64,000 nucleotides of DNA from Chrysomallon squamiferum (Eukaryota; Animalia; Mollusca): the NCBI GenBank assembly GCA_012295275.1, contig CM022677.1:10168001-10232000 (forward strand), given 5' to 3'. The notes under the pieces were generated by a model, which made no database searches, was not told the origin of the DNA, and saw only the letters and a program-made list of their open reading frames with translations. The position numbers were made by a program, and so were the translations under genes. This document shows, piece by piece, positions 14,657-27,700 of this stretch. Each line of letters begins with the position of its first letter. Position 1 is the stretch's first letter.

Positions 14657-15454
14657 GTAAAACTGAGACTGGTTCAGTGGTTAGAGTATTTGACTGATAT
14701 GGAAGCTAACTGGATCAATGTTTTTCATTTTTTTCTGACATCATTTCCTGTTCTAACCACATCTAAACTGATTTGTTAAAACAAACACAAAAGTTAGGAA
14801 AAACAACAGCAATTTTATTTTATTTACAAGTGATTAGATTTTTTTTTTTTTTTGTCTTGGATTTTTAAAAAAAAAACATACTATGAACATTTTTTTTGAA
14901 AATATTTACAAATAGAAAATATTTTTGTTAAACACTTTAAGAATATTGTAAATGAAAAAAAAAAGAAGAAAAAAACTGTAAATAAAAATTATAAAAAATA
15001 TAAAAATAAATAAATAAATAAATAATTTTGTTCTGCAAAATATACATCAGAAATGTACCATGAGCCAGTGTATGTTTGTATGAGTGTTGTTTGTGTATGT
15101 ATGTGGGTATTTTTTAGTAGTGCCTTTTTATTCATTTTAAAATAAAAAGTGATACAGAATGTACGTGATCTTAAGATACAAAAAAAAAACAAAAAAAAAA
15201 CAACTAAATAACTAAAGAAATAAAGGAATAAATAAATAAATAAATAAATAATACTGAATTTATAAATAGATAATGTTTTGAAGTTCAGGTACAATTAAAT
15301 TAAAGCTCTCGAGAACAGTTTTCGTTTAGTGAGTTTAGAAATAAAATCGTAGCCAACAGAAATATAACACAGTAATTTTACAGAGAGTAAATTCTAAATT
15401 CTATTGTAGAAGAACTTAAGGAAAGGAGACTGACAGACAGATCAAAGTTTTGTT

Positions 15455-16046
15455 CTAATACAATAAATCTGTGAGAATATTGCACAACTCCCTGTTCTTT
15501 CTGAGAAGCTCATAGTAGCGTTTTGGTGGCTTTTGAAGTGCATATAGCTCAGCTCGCAAATCTTCGTTGCTTCGCCAGAACAAATCAAATTCTTTAAACG
15601 GATTAAACTTTGGATGGTCCATACATTCGGCAATATTAAGATGGTATTCTCCGATGCGGTATTCCCAGAGTGTTAACAGTTTCTCCACCTCACTAGTGTA
15701 AGCGTCCGATACCAAATTCAACTCCATCATGGTTTCCTCCAGATCCTCCAGAATAATATCTTTGGCCACTGTAAATTAAAAAACAATTAGATAAACATGA
15801 TATTGTTTCCTTGTTATTTGTTTGTTCAGTTATATAATGTAAGACATATATTATCATTTGGACATTGTAGAAACGGGTGATATTTGTAATTAGTCACGAT
15901 ACTTACCAATTACCATCTCTTTAAATTCGTAATTATAGTTCATACATACCTCTTAGCACCTCTTGTTTAGCCTCAATCATTTTTCTGAATTTTCTTTTAT
16001 GTCTACGGCGCTCCAGACATGGACAACACCAAGATAACCACTTCAT
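15455..16046 (-). CDS. Uncharacterised 136-aa protein with N-terminal WCCPC and polybasic segment (2 exons)
   Basis: Exon 1 is 16046-15950 (MKWLSWCCPCLERRRHKRKFRKMIEAKQEVLR, donor gag|gtatgt). Exon 2 is 15768-15455 (acceptor tttacag). The phase-1 junction is in frame with the 104-aa ORF, and there are no internal stops. Confidence 0.8.
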
Positions 16047-16129
16047 TTTTCTATTTTTTTATTCGTTTTATAAACACGACTGCAGCTGACTGTTGTTGCT
16101 AACCGTCTAGTCGCTAATTGCCTTGTTGC

Positions 16130-16185
16130 TAATGACGTAATAATATTCAAACTGACCAATCAGCTTCGACTTTCTGACACGTCAG
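16130..16185. promoter_or_regulatory. Putative proximal promoter elements (CRE-like tgacgt, CCAAT box, cacgtca)
   Basis: atgacgtaa, gaccaatcag and cacgtca cluster 85-140 bp upstream of the ATG at 16046. Confidence 0.45.
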
Positions 16186-16485
16186 CAAAATATAGCTCAT
16201 AACTAATGAAATTTTCATTTCCCGATAATACAAAATAATAATAATAATAAAATATTTTCCCTAAACTATTTGCTCATTTATTTTAAAACGTTTATACTTA
16301 CACATACAGCACTGTTAAGTTGTTTGAAAACATCAGTCAGATAATCTGGATCAGTAGTCTGCTACTCACAGAGTTCATCTCCAATCCTAATTTTTTAATT
16401 ATTCCTTTTTTTCCTAAGAGTTTATTTAAAATAAACAACAATTACTACCGCTGTTTATGCTACTACTATAAAAATACTACTTCCT

Positions 16486-16533
<48 letters not shown>

Positions 16534-18552
16534 GTCCTAGTACTGCGGCAGTCATTACCCAGTTCCAATCATTAATTAGTCCTATCAAAGTATGTAAAAT
16601 GATCTATTAGGACCGCGTGATTTGTTTCCATTTGGACGAATTTGTATGCATTTTATTAACTTCTGTGTATATTTTTTGTTTCCTTTTTCAAACAACAGAA
16701 CAATGCAGCTACGTTGCATGACCGCGATTTTGTTGTCTGATGTTTGCACAGCAGCTGCCGAAGGAATTGCTGGATTGAAAAAATGACGTGCCCTAGCCAC
16801 AACGTACTTTGTATCAGAATGGAGATAATTTCCATTGAATGTAGACGGACATTTCTTTTAATGTTTGCGAATTCGAAAACAAATTTATCAGAAAAAAGAG
16901 TCCGCGAGTGGAGAAGCATGCACCTGGTAATCTGTATTAATATTAACGTGTACAGTGACTATTTCATACGTGTCAATAAAGTATACACAACACTTCAAAT
17001 TAACAAATAATTAATATGAACAGATACAGTAATAGTTTTAATACTGTAAAGTTTGTAAAATAAATTATCTTTTAGGAGCAATCATTTTATCATCCAACAA
17101 TATACATTTTTAAAATCTTTATAAAGAAAGATATTATAGCACGCGCACACACACACACACACACACATACACAGTGTTAATATGACATGACAAACAATCG
17201 ATGTTAGAAGGGTCACTTCATTGGTATTTGATTGCGCATGCCCATATGGAAGAGCGCGTGCTAGCCTGCACACAAAACAAGCAGATACGCACACACTTTT
17301 AATATGAACAATAATTGTTTTATAGGTACGCGCATGTGCTTCGACACATATACTTTAAAATTATAAATAATTAATGTATTCTTGTGTTTGCATCTTGTTA
17401 AAATGATGTTTCACTTTTTAAATGTAAATGAGGTGTTTTAAATGAATATTTTACTTTAAAAATAAATTACGCTATGACTTGTTTGTTACTGCTGTACATA
17501 TTTCTATCTTAACTACTGTCAATGTCACCCCAAAAGAGAATTTTTTTAAAATTATTTTAATATATATATATAATATAATGATACACCAGTGATTCTATTT
17601 TAAGTCAGTAAAGTGAAAACTGATGAACCTGGGTTGTGAGAATAGTTCTCTCAGCTAAACTGAAGACTGTTCTGGTGTGTTGTTCAGTGTCTGCAGACAA
17701 TGGTGAAATAGTGACTATGCCTCTATACATGCTGAGTTGAAATAAAGTGACAGCAACGTTATCAAACACAAATACATCTTGAGCTGTATAAATAATATAA
17801 TTTAACGTTACGGAAATATTTAAACTGTTTAATTTAATGTGTCTTCCAAAAATGTGTCTAACTTGTAATTCGATAGTTCTAGCGATATATTTGAACTGCG
17901 CAATTTAATAATATTTACCAATAAGTTTAAACTGTAATTTAATATGATGTCTGTATGTTTTAAATTAATTATAATATATTGATGTCCTATTAATGACCTA
18001 TTAATGTTCGATATTTCCAAGTCAAATACTGGAGCGTACCGTTTTAAATAACCAAAATGTATCAATGTGTGCTATTTTATTGAATTCAGAATGATACTTT
18101 CTAAGATCAAATACCGCTAACTTACTACATGGGTACAAAATGTACTACTTTATCTTTGTCTATATTTCATTGTGTTTTCACTTATTGTTGTAATTTTGAT
18201 TTCTATGCATACTAATGAATTCCAGTAAGATCTTTTTAATAATAATAGTAGATGTTATTATAACAATAACCTTAACAAGTTTTGATTATTTTTAATCAAA
18301 AAAAAAAAAAAAAAAAAAAAACATTAGTTATGTTTACATTAATGGACCATCGAACAAAAGTACATTATTTATTTATTTTAAAAAAAAAAAAAAAAAAAAA
18401 ACAGAAATAAAATTGCTGAACATTTTATCTACGTGTTACATAAATAACAACTGACAAATGACACTATTAATAACTTCTTAATCCACTTAATTGAATGATT
18501 TCATGTCTTCAGAAACTTTTTATTTTTAATATTATTATAACAGTGATTAACT

Positions 18553-18684
18553 TATAACCGTGATTATTTTGCCCTTGTTTATTATTTTGCTGTAGAACTA
18601 CTTTGGGAAATGCAGTCTGGGAGCAATGGGGTCCAGTCTAAATATAAAAATGAAAGAAAGATGAGCCGAGTTCCAAAGTGTTTA
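18553..18684 (+). repeat. Left arm of a ~130-bp inverted repeat flanking the Gypsy segment
   Basis: Reverse complement of 23423-23553, with about 11 differences in 132 bp by manual alignment. Confidence 0.95.
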
Positions 18685-18927
18685 CTGCTTACAGCGCTGT
18701 AAACGATGTGGTGAGTATTGCCATAATCAGTTTGTTTTCCACATGCCAACACAATTTGTACATTTTGTTCATATAGAGGTCACCATGAATCAGCATGCAT
18801 TAAGCGCTACAACAGCCATACCAGATGGGAATTCGCGCCTGATAGACAGAGAGAATCTGATATCAGGCACAAACCAGAATACGTTTCACTTGTAGCTCCC
18901 TTAACAAAAAACACAGTTTAAGTTAAG

Positions 18928-19323
18928 GTGGGTCAAGTTAAAACGACGGCTCTTGTAGACACAGGTGCATCCATTATCTGTATTAGCGAACAGTTCATGC
19001 ACAAATTACAAGTACAGCCCTTAATGTCCAAGTCTGACATCCCTGTCATCATAGGAGTAGGGGGAGAAAAACACACAGTCTTAGGGTCATTATCTGTTAG
19101 AATTCGGATTGGCAACATTTCTATTTCACAAATCTTTCATGTCTTTTCTGCTCTTCAACACTCCCTCATTCTTGGAATGGACTTCCTTACACACAACAGT
19201 GCTACCATTGACTTAGTGACTCGTAAACTTTACAAACTTTACATAACGAAACCTGTCGTTATTCCCCCAATATCACAAGCTGATGTGCCTGTACAAATAT
19301 CCAAGACCAAAGTTTTCTCATAG
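18928..19323 (+). pseudogene. Gypsy aspartic protease fragment
   Basis: LVDTGAS catalytic motif and ILGMDFL. Confidence 0.9.
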
Positions 19324-19637
19324 AACCTATATCGAGTTTACAAAACATACAACTACAAGGTGCAAAGTGCTTAGTCAATACATCCAAAAAGTATATTTTC
19401 CTTAGAGTCTTAAACCCTACAAACTTACCATTCGTCTCGGATCCAGAAGAGTAAAGGCAACTGCATCGGTGGTATCCGATAATAGTATCCATACTCTTAC
19501 AGACGTGACCCATTCTACCTCTAATCCTCCCCAGTTTTCATCTGTCTTATAACATAAACCACTATCAAATGACATTTCCTTTGATCTAACTGACTCTGAT
19601 CTCCCCCCATTGCAAAAAGGGCAACTTCAACAATTCC

Positions 19638-20866
19638 TTGGAAGTTATCGTACAGCATTTGCAAAAGACTGGGTTTCATCTAGGAAAAACTGACTTGAAT
19701 CATCATAAAATAGATACAGGTGATGCAAGATCCATTAGGCTTCCTTTCTACAAACAAAATGTACAAATTAGGAAAGAATGCTCAACCCAAGTCCAACAGA
19801 TGCTTGATGCTGGTATCATTCAGCCAAGCACATCACAATGGCATTTTCCAGTAGTCATGGTGAAGAAGCATGATGGCAGTTACCGGTTTGCTGTTGACTA
19901 CAGGAAACTGAATGCGGTAACAAAGCCAATCTTCTTTCCCTTGCCTAGATTTGAAGATGTTACTGATTCAAATATTTAGTGTTCTAGACTGTACTAGTGG
20001 CTTCTGGCAAATATCCCTAGATCCTTCCACAAAAGATCGTTCAGCCTTTATAACCCCTGAAGGCATTTTTGAATGGAACCTTTTACCCTTTGGAGTGAAA
20101 AATGCTCCAATGGCGTTTCAACAAACCATTTCATCAGCCATCAAACAAATGAACTGGAAATACACTTTAATATACGTTGACGACATCATTGTATTTTCAA
20201 ACAACTTTACAGAACATCTTCAACATTTGTCAAGTATTTTTCAAAAGCTAAAAGAAGCTGGATTGACATTGAAACCTAGCAAATGTCGATTTGCCGCGAA
20301 AAAGGTAACCTGTCTTGGGCATTTGTTCGGCAAAGAAGGCATTTAGGTAGATAAGACGAAAGTTGAGGCATGGTTAACATTCCACCTCCAAAACCGGTCC
20401 ATGATGTTAGGCATTTCTTAGGTATCTGCAGCTACTATACGACTTTGCAGGCATTACCTCTCCTCTCGATAATCTTCTCCAGAAAGATGTTCCATTCAAA
20501 TGGACAGTCCTATGTCAGCAAGCTTTTCTGCAGCTTAAGAAAACCTTGACATCTGCACCTGTCCTCGCCTATCCTGATCCATACCAGCCATTTGTCATTA
20601 CAACAGATGCATCTGGATCTGCACTTGGATACATTCTGAGTCAGCAGGATGTTGCTGTGCGAGAGCATGTAATTTGCTATGGAGGTCGATCATTACATCC
20701 CTGTGAAAAGAAACGGGGAACTACACAACTAGAGTGTCTGGCTGTATTGGAAGGCATTAGAACCTACAGAGTGTACCTTACAAAACAGAAAATGCTGATG
20801 CCTTATCCAGGATCCCATATGCTTCACAAACTACGCTGCCAGTCACAGATGATATTCCTTCTTTAG
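19638..20866 (+). pseudogene. pol: Gypsy reverse transcriptase-RNase H, frameshifted
   Basis: ORFs 19638-19979, 19951-20346 (YVDD) and 20546-20866 (TDAS) are collinear pieces of pol. Confidence 0.93.
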
Positions 20867-21479
20867 ATTTAAGAAACAGACAGACTACTGATCCAACAAC
20901 AAGCCAGTTAGCATATGCTCATGCAGTAGAAACATCTGTCTCTACATCCAGTAGCACTGATTTGTCAGCATACTTTTGACATGTCATTCTTCAACAAAAC
21001 AGAACACCATGCCCAACCGAAACTTAATACCTTCACATCATGATGAATCAGAACAATGGCATCATGACGATGACGATTTTTGGAAACACAGTTCATCAGA
21101 AGACGAATTTTCTAACAGATTGGAGTTCATCTTCTGATGAATCAGTACAACTATCTGTGGACTTCCATTATCATCGTGAGACAGTTCCAAATGATCCTTT
21201 CGTTCTATCAATGATGTAATCCTTGATGAGCAGAGTATTGCAGACAGACAACGCAAGTTTCCTGATATAAGACATATCATCGACTACACTGAAAAGAATG
21301 AGATACCTTCTACCTATACAGAGTCACAGGTAAAAGGACTCCAGGGTCGCTCCCAAGAATATGATCTTCGAAATGTCATTTTATACCATTTCTATCTGCC
21401 CAATCACAGAGGACAGAAAAACAACCGTCCACAACTGGTTGTCCCTCTTCAAGATAGGAAAGATCTTCTTCTTGAAAGA

Positions 21480-22873
21480 TGTGATTCAAAAACAGGAGGT
21501 TTCATTTTGGGAGAGATGCTACTCGGCTAGCTGTTCTAACCAAATATTTCTGGCCAGGTATGTACCAGGACATAGAAAACTACGAAGAATGTCAGAAGTC
21601 CAAACGTTACACTCATGCAACACCTGCTCCCATGGGTTACCTATACCTTCTCGAGACTTCACATTGATATTCTTGGTCCGTTACCTGTATCCATAGAAGG
21701 ATATAAGTATATACTTCTAGTAGTTGACTGGACAGAAGCATTTCCACTACGTACTCAAGAAGCTACAGAAATTAGCAAAGTTCTTTTCAATGAGGTATTT
21801 ACAAGATTTGGTGCACAGACCGAGGACGTCAGTTCACCTCACTTCTGGTGAAGGCAATTTGCGAATTGTTTGAGGTGAAACATCCTCCTATCACCCTCAG
21901 ACGAATGGCATGTGTGAACAAAGAAACAGCACCATAGAACACGTCCTCAGATCACATGACAACAAACAACAAACCAACTGGGCTGACCTGCTTCCTTGTA
22001 TTATGATGCAGGCTACTCTCCACATTACCTTCTTTTTGGCAAGGAAATGCATATTCCATTTGATACCTCTCTTCTTCCCAAACCAACCTTGGGCAAAAAC
22101 GCTAAAACACATATCACTGCACTCATTGACAATCTCAAAGTAGTCAAGGCTATTGCAAAAGACAACATGGCTAAAAGCCAAACAGTCAACAAAGTCACCA
22201 AGATCCTAAAACACAAAAGCCGACATTTTCCGTGGCTGACCAAGTGCTCCTTTTCAATCAGAAAAAGCCCACAGGTCGCTCACCGAAACTGACACACAAA
22301 TGGGAAGGTCCGTATTTCATTACACAAATAGGACCCAATCATAACCACAAACTGTGTCATCCTCATTCATCACTGCTGCACGCTAATCGTTTAAAACTCT
22401 ATCACAGTAGCCCACAGACAACTCCACGTATGACGACACATACATACCAATCTCAGGATTCACGTATGTCAGACAATAGGACAACTAGTGACTCCCAACC
22501 AAAACAAATTCCCAACAGAATAGTGCCTGCTCCACAGCAGACTGCACAAACACATCTGTCTCAAGATGCACGCTTATCCCAACGCACAACAAATAAACAA
22601 GCAACTACAGACACTAACATGAATAGGAATCCCAAAATATCCCCACCTATATCATCACAATCGGCACCAACTGCCCAGTCACCCACCCAATCACCGTCTC
22701 TACAGTCGGGTACAAAAACATTTATGGTGGAACGTCTCATAAGAATGAAATGCATTCAGAGGGTTCAACATTATCTAACCAAATGGGTTGGTTATCCTAC
22801 ACCTACATGGGAAACGCATACACACTTTCATATCTACAAGACAGTCTGGACGCAGACGAAAAAGGGGCCGTAA
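21480..22873 (+). pseudogene. Gypsy integrase with GPY/F motif, low-complexity linker and C-terminal chromodomain, frameshifted
   Basis: FSRLHIDILGPLPVS..GYKYILLVVD, SPHYLLFGKEM, KLTHKWEGPYFI, FMVERLIRMKCIQRVQHYLTKWVGYPTPTWE. Confidence 0.9.
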
Positions 22874-23422
22874 ATATTTTTCATAGTTATGTCAAAACCT
22901 TGTTTTCCCTGTTAGAGCCTTGACAGGCATGGGACTTAATGGGGGTACTAATGGGTATTCTGTCATCGTGTTGAGATTGTTGATGGCCACAACATATTTC
23001 AATTCTGGATCACCTACTGATGTATCCCATTGGTTTTATTTTGTCAATTGGGGACACTGTTCGTTTGGCTAATGATGATATTCTCGACTCCAGTTCTTGG
23101 GGTGAAACCGTTCAACGACAAAACTATAGAATTACCTTCCTTTCACTACCATGCGCCCTCTACGCCTCAACCCAACTCATTTTTGATAACAAATCTCATT
23201 GACTACCATTTCTCCATTATGCTTGGAATAATATCAATCTTAATGATTGCCCTCGTCATTATATTAATTGTAAGGCAACGCCAGGCACACAAACATTGCA
23301 TAATGGTGGAAATAACATCAGGTCCAGTATATATCACTATTCCTATAATATTCCTGTCACTGTGTCCTTCTTATTGGTTAATCCAACTAACTATATAGAC
23401 AACGCACTTGGCTGACCAGGAA

Positions 23423-23551
23423 TAAACACTTCGGAACTCGGCTCATCTCTCTTTCATTTTTATATTTAGATTGGACACCATTGCTCCCAGACTGCATTCC
23501 CCAAAGTAGTTATACAGCAAAATAATAACCAAGGAAAAATAATGACGTTTA

Positions 23552-23553
<2 letters not shown>
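23423..23553 (-). repeat. Right arm of the inverted repeat flanking the Gypsy segment
   Basis: Reverse complement of 18553-18684, immediately followed by a (TTA)n/(TTG)n microsatellite. Confidence 0.95.
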
Positions 23554-23603
<50 letters not shown>

Positions 23604-23740
23604 GTTGTTGTTGTTGTTATTTTCTTTACCGGTGTTCCTCTTCTTCACACTTTTGATAATGACCTGTTGACACTCTTTCTGTATTTATTTAAATTTTTAT
23701 TATTATAAGTAGTAAAATAATGTAGACAAATATAAATAAC

Positions 23741-23816
<76 letters not shown>

Positions 23817-24772
23817 ATGAAAAAGAGGATTTTATTCGCATTATCAAAATTCAAAAACATACAAACAAACACGTTCTAATGGATCTGCAGTCGTTATCAG
23901 TTAATACTAATCTAGATTATTCTGTAATCGGAACATCAGTATTTATCTTTACATATTTAAACTCAGGAGGTATTTAAATGTTCTCTGCGGCTGTTGCGTC
24001 AGTTTGGTGACATGATAATAAATAACAATCGTTTCTGTTGTGTTGTAAGATGATGCAACAAGATCATAAAAACATGAGGGCAATCTTCGGTGTTCTGTTT
24101 TTATGACATCTTTACTATACACATCAAAAATAATAATTTCATAAATAAATTCACATACAAGACCTTTAATTTGTTTAGTTCACTTTTAAAGCTAATTTAA
24201 ATTTTGTGAAAATAATATTAATAACATAATCGTAAAGAAGAAAGAAGAAAGAAAAATGAGTAGAACTTTATTCCATATTCTGGTACAACGGCAACAGAAG
24301 TATTAGAATAAATAAAACACTCGTAGTTATAATAGTTGTATTATATCGTCCTTTTTATTTGTTTTATGGTTATATTTTATATTTTATTTTTTTGCTATTT
24401 ATTTATTTTAATATTAGCATCACGATAACAGTTTTATAAGTCTTGAATGCAACAACACTAATAAAAATAATGATTTAAACTTTCTATATTTTATTTTTAA
24501 CTTTTTAAATTAACAAATAATTCCGCTTTTATAATGTTGTTGTAAATTCCGCGTTTTAAAGCCAGCCATTGACTTGAAGGTGGTTGAAATATTGTTTTCG
24601 TACATATCAGCTAGCTTTACTTATACTCAGCAGTTCAGAGGTCATGGGTCAGGTTTATTTTGAGACTGGTGTTGTCATTGCGAAGACGAAAATTTGATTA
24701 CGGAAATTATTTTTTGTTACATATTTTTCACATTATCCTTATTTTTCACCGCCACCAGCCTTCAACAGACCG

Positions 24773-27700
24773 ATGGCTGGACCGGAAGAAAATATGAGAT
24801 CGATAGAAGCGAAGGTGGTGGTACTGGGATCACAAGGTAATATTTGGGAGTTGAATGATAACGCTGCTATAAATAATAAAACAGAGCTATCAATTCAGTA
24901 ATTAGTTAACTTAGTAGACATATTATTAGATAGTTGTTAATAATGAATTTAGCTTATCGTTTTTTCTTAATAATTTATTTATAATAATGATTTGTCATAT
25001 AACTTCGATGGTCACATAATTGTTTATGTTACAAAAAGAAGTTACGATGCTGATCAATCATCTAGTAAGTTAGTAACTGAGTCAGCAAACTTTATTATAA
25101 TTATAGTTTTTTTTTTTCATTTTTTTCTATAATACTAACAATAATGAAACAAACTTATATTTATTTAATGTCTGCGATAAGACACCCACACCCACACAAA
25201 GACAAAATAAAATCAAATTGTCGTCATAGGTCTCTTTAATCAATAATAATAATAAAATTGATGATGATGATGATGATGTTCCAAAAACTGTTAGTATTTC
25301 ATATTTAGATGATTCAGTTTATTTAAACTTTTGTAATTTCAAATGTACAAATAATATATATATTCATATTATTATTGTTGTTATGAAATTATTCTGTTTA
25401 TATAAAAATCAATCAAATGCTATTATAACTCAGAGTCTGGCCAGGCAGACAATAAAGCTATCCAACAAATTAGTGAGAAAACTATGAATAAATGTGATCA
25501 AATTCATAAACAGCATCTAGAGATTTATTTCTGTTTTTAGACCAGACCAACACATTTAAAAAATCAAATAGCTACAAAATGATTCCATCTGTGTCATCTG
25601 TTGTTTTTTGTCATGAATTATTCAAATAACACAGGGGACAAACATTTATTTCAAGAATGCATGTGTCAAGTAATCCATGATTGTTGTTTGAGAAACAGTA
25701 GTAAATAGTCTAGTTTTCAAATTGATACTGAATTTCTACAAAATCCAATGTAGATATTGAATATTAAACGTTTGTTTTTAAAAATAAATGGCTACACTAC
25801 ATTTACTTGACAGAGTGGCTGAGACAGCTCTAGTGATTTGCTATAATATTTGCCCTCTGTTAGTTTCAATTAGTTATTCATGAGTAGGTGTGAATCTGAT
25901 TCTCTGAGTGGTAGAATATTTTTTGACTTGTTTTTGTCTGTCTGCATGTTAATGTTTTTACTTGTAGGAATTGATAAGTCATCGTTTGTGTTTTTCTACA
26001 TAACAGGAAATGAGGAATGGTTTTCTTTTTTACTAATTTCATTTAGTTGTTTTCAATTACAAAAATGTGTTAAACAGCTCTAGTTATTCAGTACATAATA
26101 GAGTTCTCTCTATTTGTTTAACTAAATGGGTTTTTTAACTTAAGTGAAATCACTAGTTATTTTCTGTTTAACTGTTATAAATTGTTATAATTCAAATCAC
26201 ATTTCAAGTCCACTTTTGAAAGATAGATGTATTTGAACAAAGGGACCAGTCCTTGACAAATTTTAATTGCAATGTTAATAATTGTTCTTTTTTCTAACTC
26301 AAAGTAAATTATTTCTCCCATTATTCAAGCACATGTATCTTGCCAAATGTTATTAAGACTGAATGATAGGACAAGTTGTTGACAGGGAGAAGTTATTGTT
26401 TTCATTCTGAGTTTACTTACAGGAGTTGGCAAGACGTCGCTAGTGATTCGCTATGTTGGAGGGATGTTCAGCAAAGCTGTGAGCCCAACGATAGGAGCGT
26501 CCTTCTTTACTTATAAAATGTAAGTTTTATTTTTTTAACTTTATTTAACTAATCAGACTGATTTCATCTCATGTTTTAATATTAATTCTGAGAAGAAATG
26601 TTTCATATTTAACACTACACTGTGCAGGTGCATGCTGTTGCTTGTACTGATTAAGTCCGTCCAGACAACTGGAAAATAATTCATCTACTCCTAAGAAAGA
26701 ACGTAAATGTCTTTTCTAAAACCAGTAACATGGCACCACTTGGAATGGGAAACAGTCACTGTAACTACTCTGATCAGACTTAACATTGCTGTTAAATTAC
26801 TGTAATGGATTTAAATATATATTGAAGGAAACTGAATCGATGGTTTCTTGAGAAAAGTGAATGAGTTGAATGTTTTTGTGGAAGTTAGTCTGTTCTCAAT
26901 CCACCAATATACACAGGTGTTAAACAGGCACTTGGCAACTTTACTTCTGTTAGTGAAAAAGATCTGCAGCTGCTGGTATTAGTCTTTGCCTCACCTTTTT
27001 TATGCAGCAGACTTTCTACAGCTTTCTTCATTTCATTTGGCAGTTTCACAGGATAATCTAGTTCTGCTAACATTAGTTATTCCAGCAGGTCCAGGAACTT
27101 GGTGGATATTGTATTTCCAAATACCTATCTCTAATTCATGCAGTGTGAATTCTTTGCTGAAGTGGAATATGCAACTAAAGTATTGATTACCACAAGATTA
27201 TCCAACGTGAATGTGCTAATAAAATTTAACACAAACAATGAGATTCAAATTGTTTAGAAATGCTGTTTCTATATTAAACCTTTATATTGATATTTGACAA
27301 GAGAGTTAATGTCCTGTTCAACAGAACTAATTTACAGCAGCCATGCAAAGTTAGACTTTCTTTTCTCAAAAAGTATCCAACTTAATTAAATGTTTGTTCT
27401 GAAGAATTCCATTTTTTCTGCTCAGTGTTACTGTGATGACATTTTTGGATAATAATTCACCTGACTAACTCCTATCAGTGTTCTCTCTGCAACAGTCACA
27501 TGGAGTTTTGCTTGATTTTCTTTATACCTTCCTTAAAGTGAGCTTTGAAAAGTTCTTCAGAGCTATGTAGTGGATGTAAGTTACAAGATAGAATAACAAC
27601 CTTAGACATAATGACCCATTAAGTGCTTCAAGGCAAAATATATTTTGAAGTATTAAGTATTCAGTATGAAATCAGCTGTTTGTGTGAATTTTAAAGAAAC

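Larger units (their letters stand above)
18690..23400 (+). mobile_element. Degenerate Ty3/Gypsy retrotransposon internal region (gag knuckle, PR, RT, RNase H, IN, chromodomain, env-like remnant); no LTRs seen
   Basis: CCHC knuckle CTFCSYRGHHESAC at 18757-18798. Protease ALVDTGAS...LILGMDFL. RT YRFAVDYRKLN, LDCTSGFWQI, LPFGVKNAP, YVDD. RNase H TDASGSALGYILSQ. Integrase HIDILGPLP and PQTNGMCE, GPY/F motif KWEGPY, chromodomain VERLI...YLTKWVGY..PTWE. Many stops and frameshifts. Confidence 0.96.

Noticed and set aside
17600-17790. Possible solo LTR upstream of the Gypsy segment
   Set aside because: It has an AATAAA but no defined TG...CA ends, TSD or second copy in the window.
18553-23553. Classification as DIRS, Ginger or Polinton/Maverick
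   Set aside because: There is no tyrosine recombinase (DIRS). RT and protease are present (not Ginger). There is no pPolB, ATPase or capsid (not Polinton).
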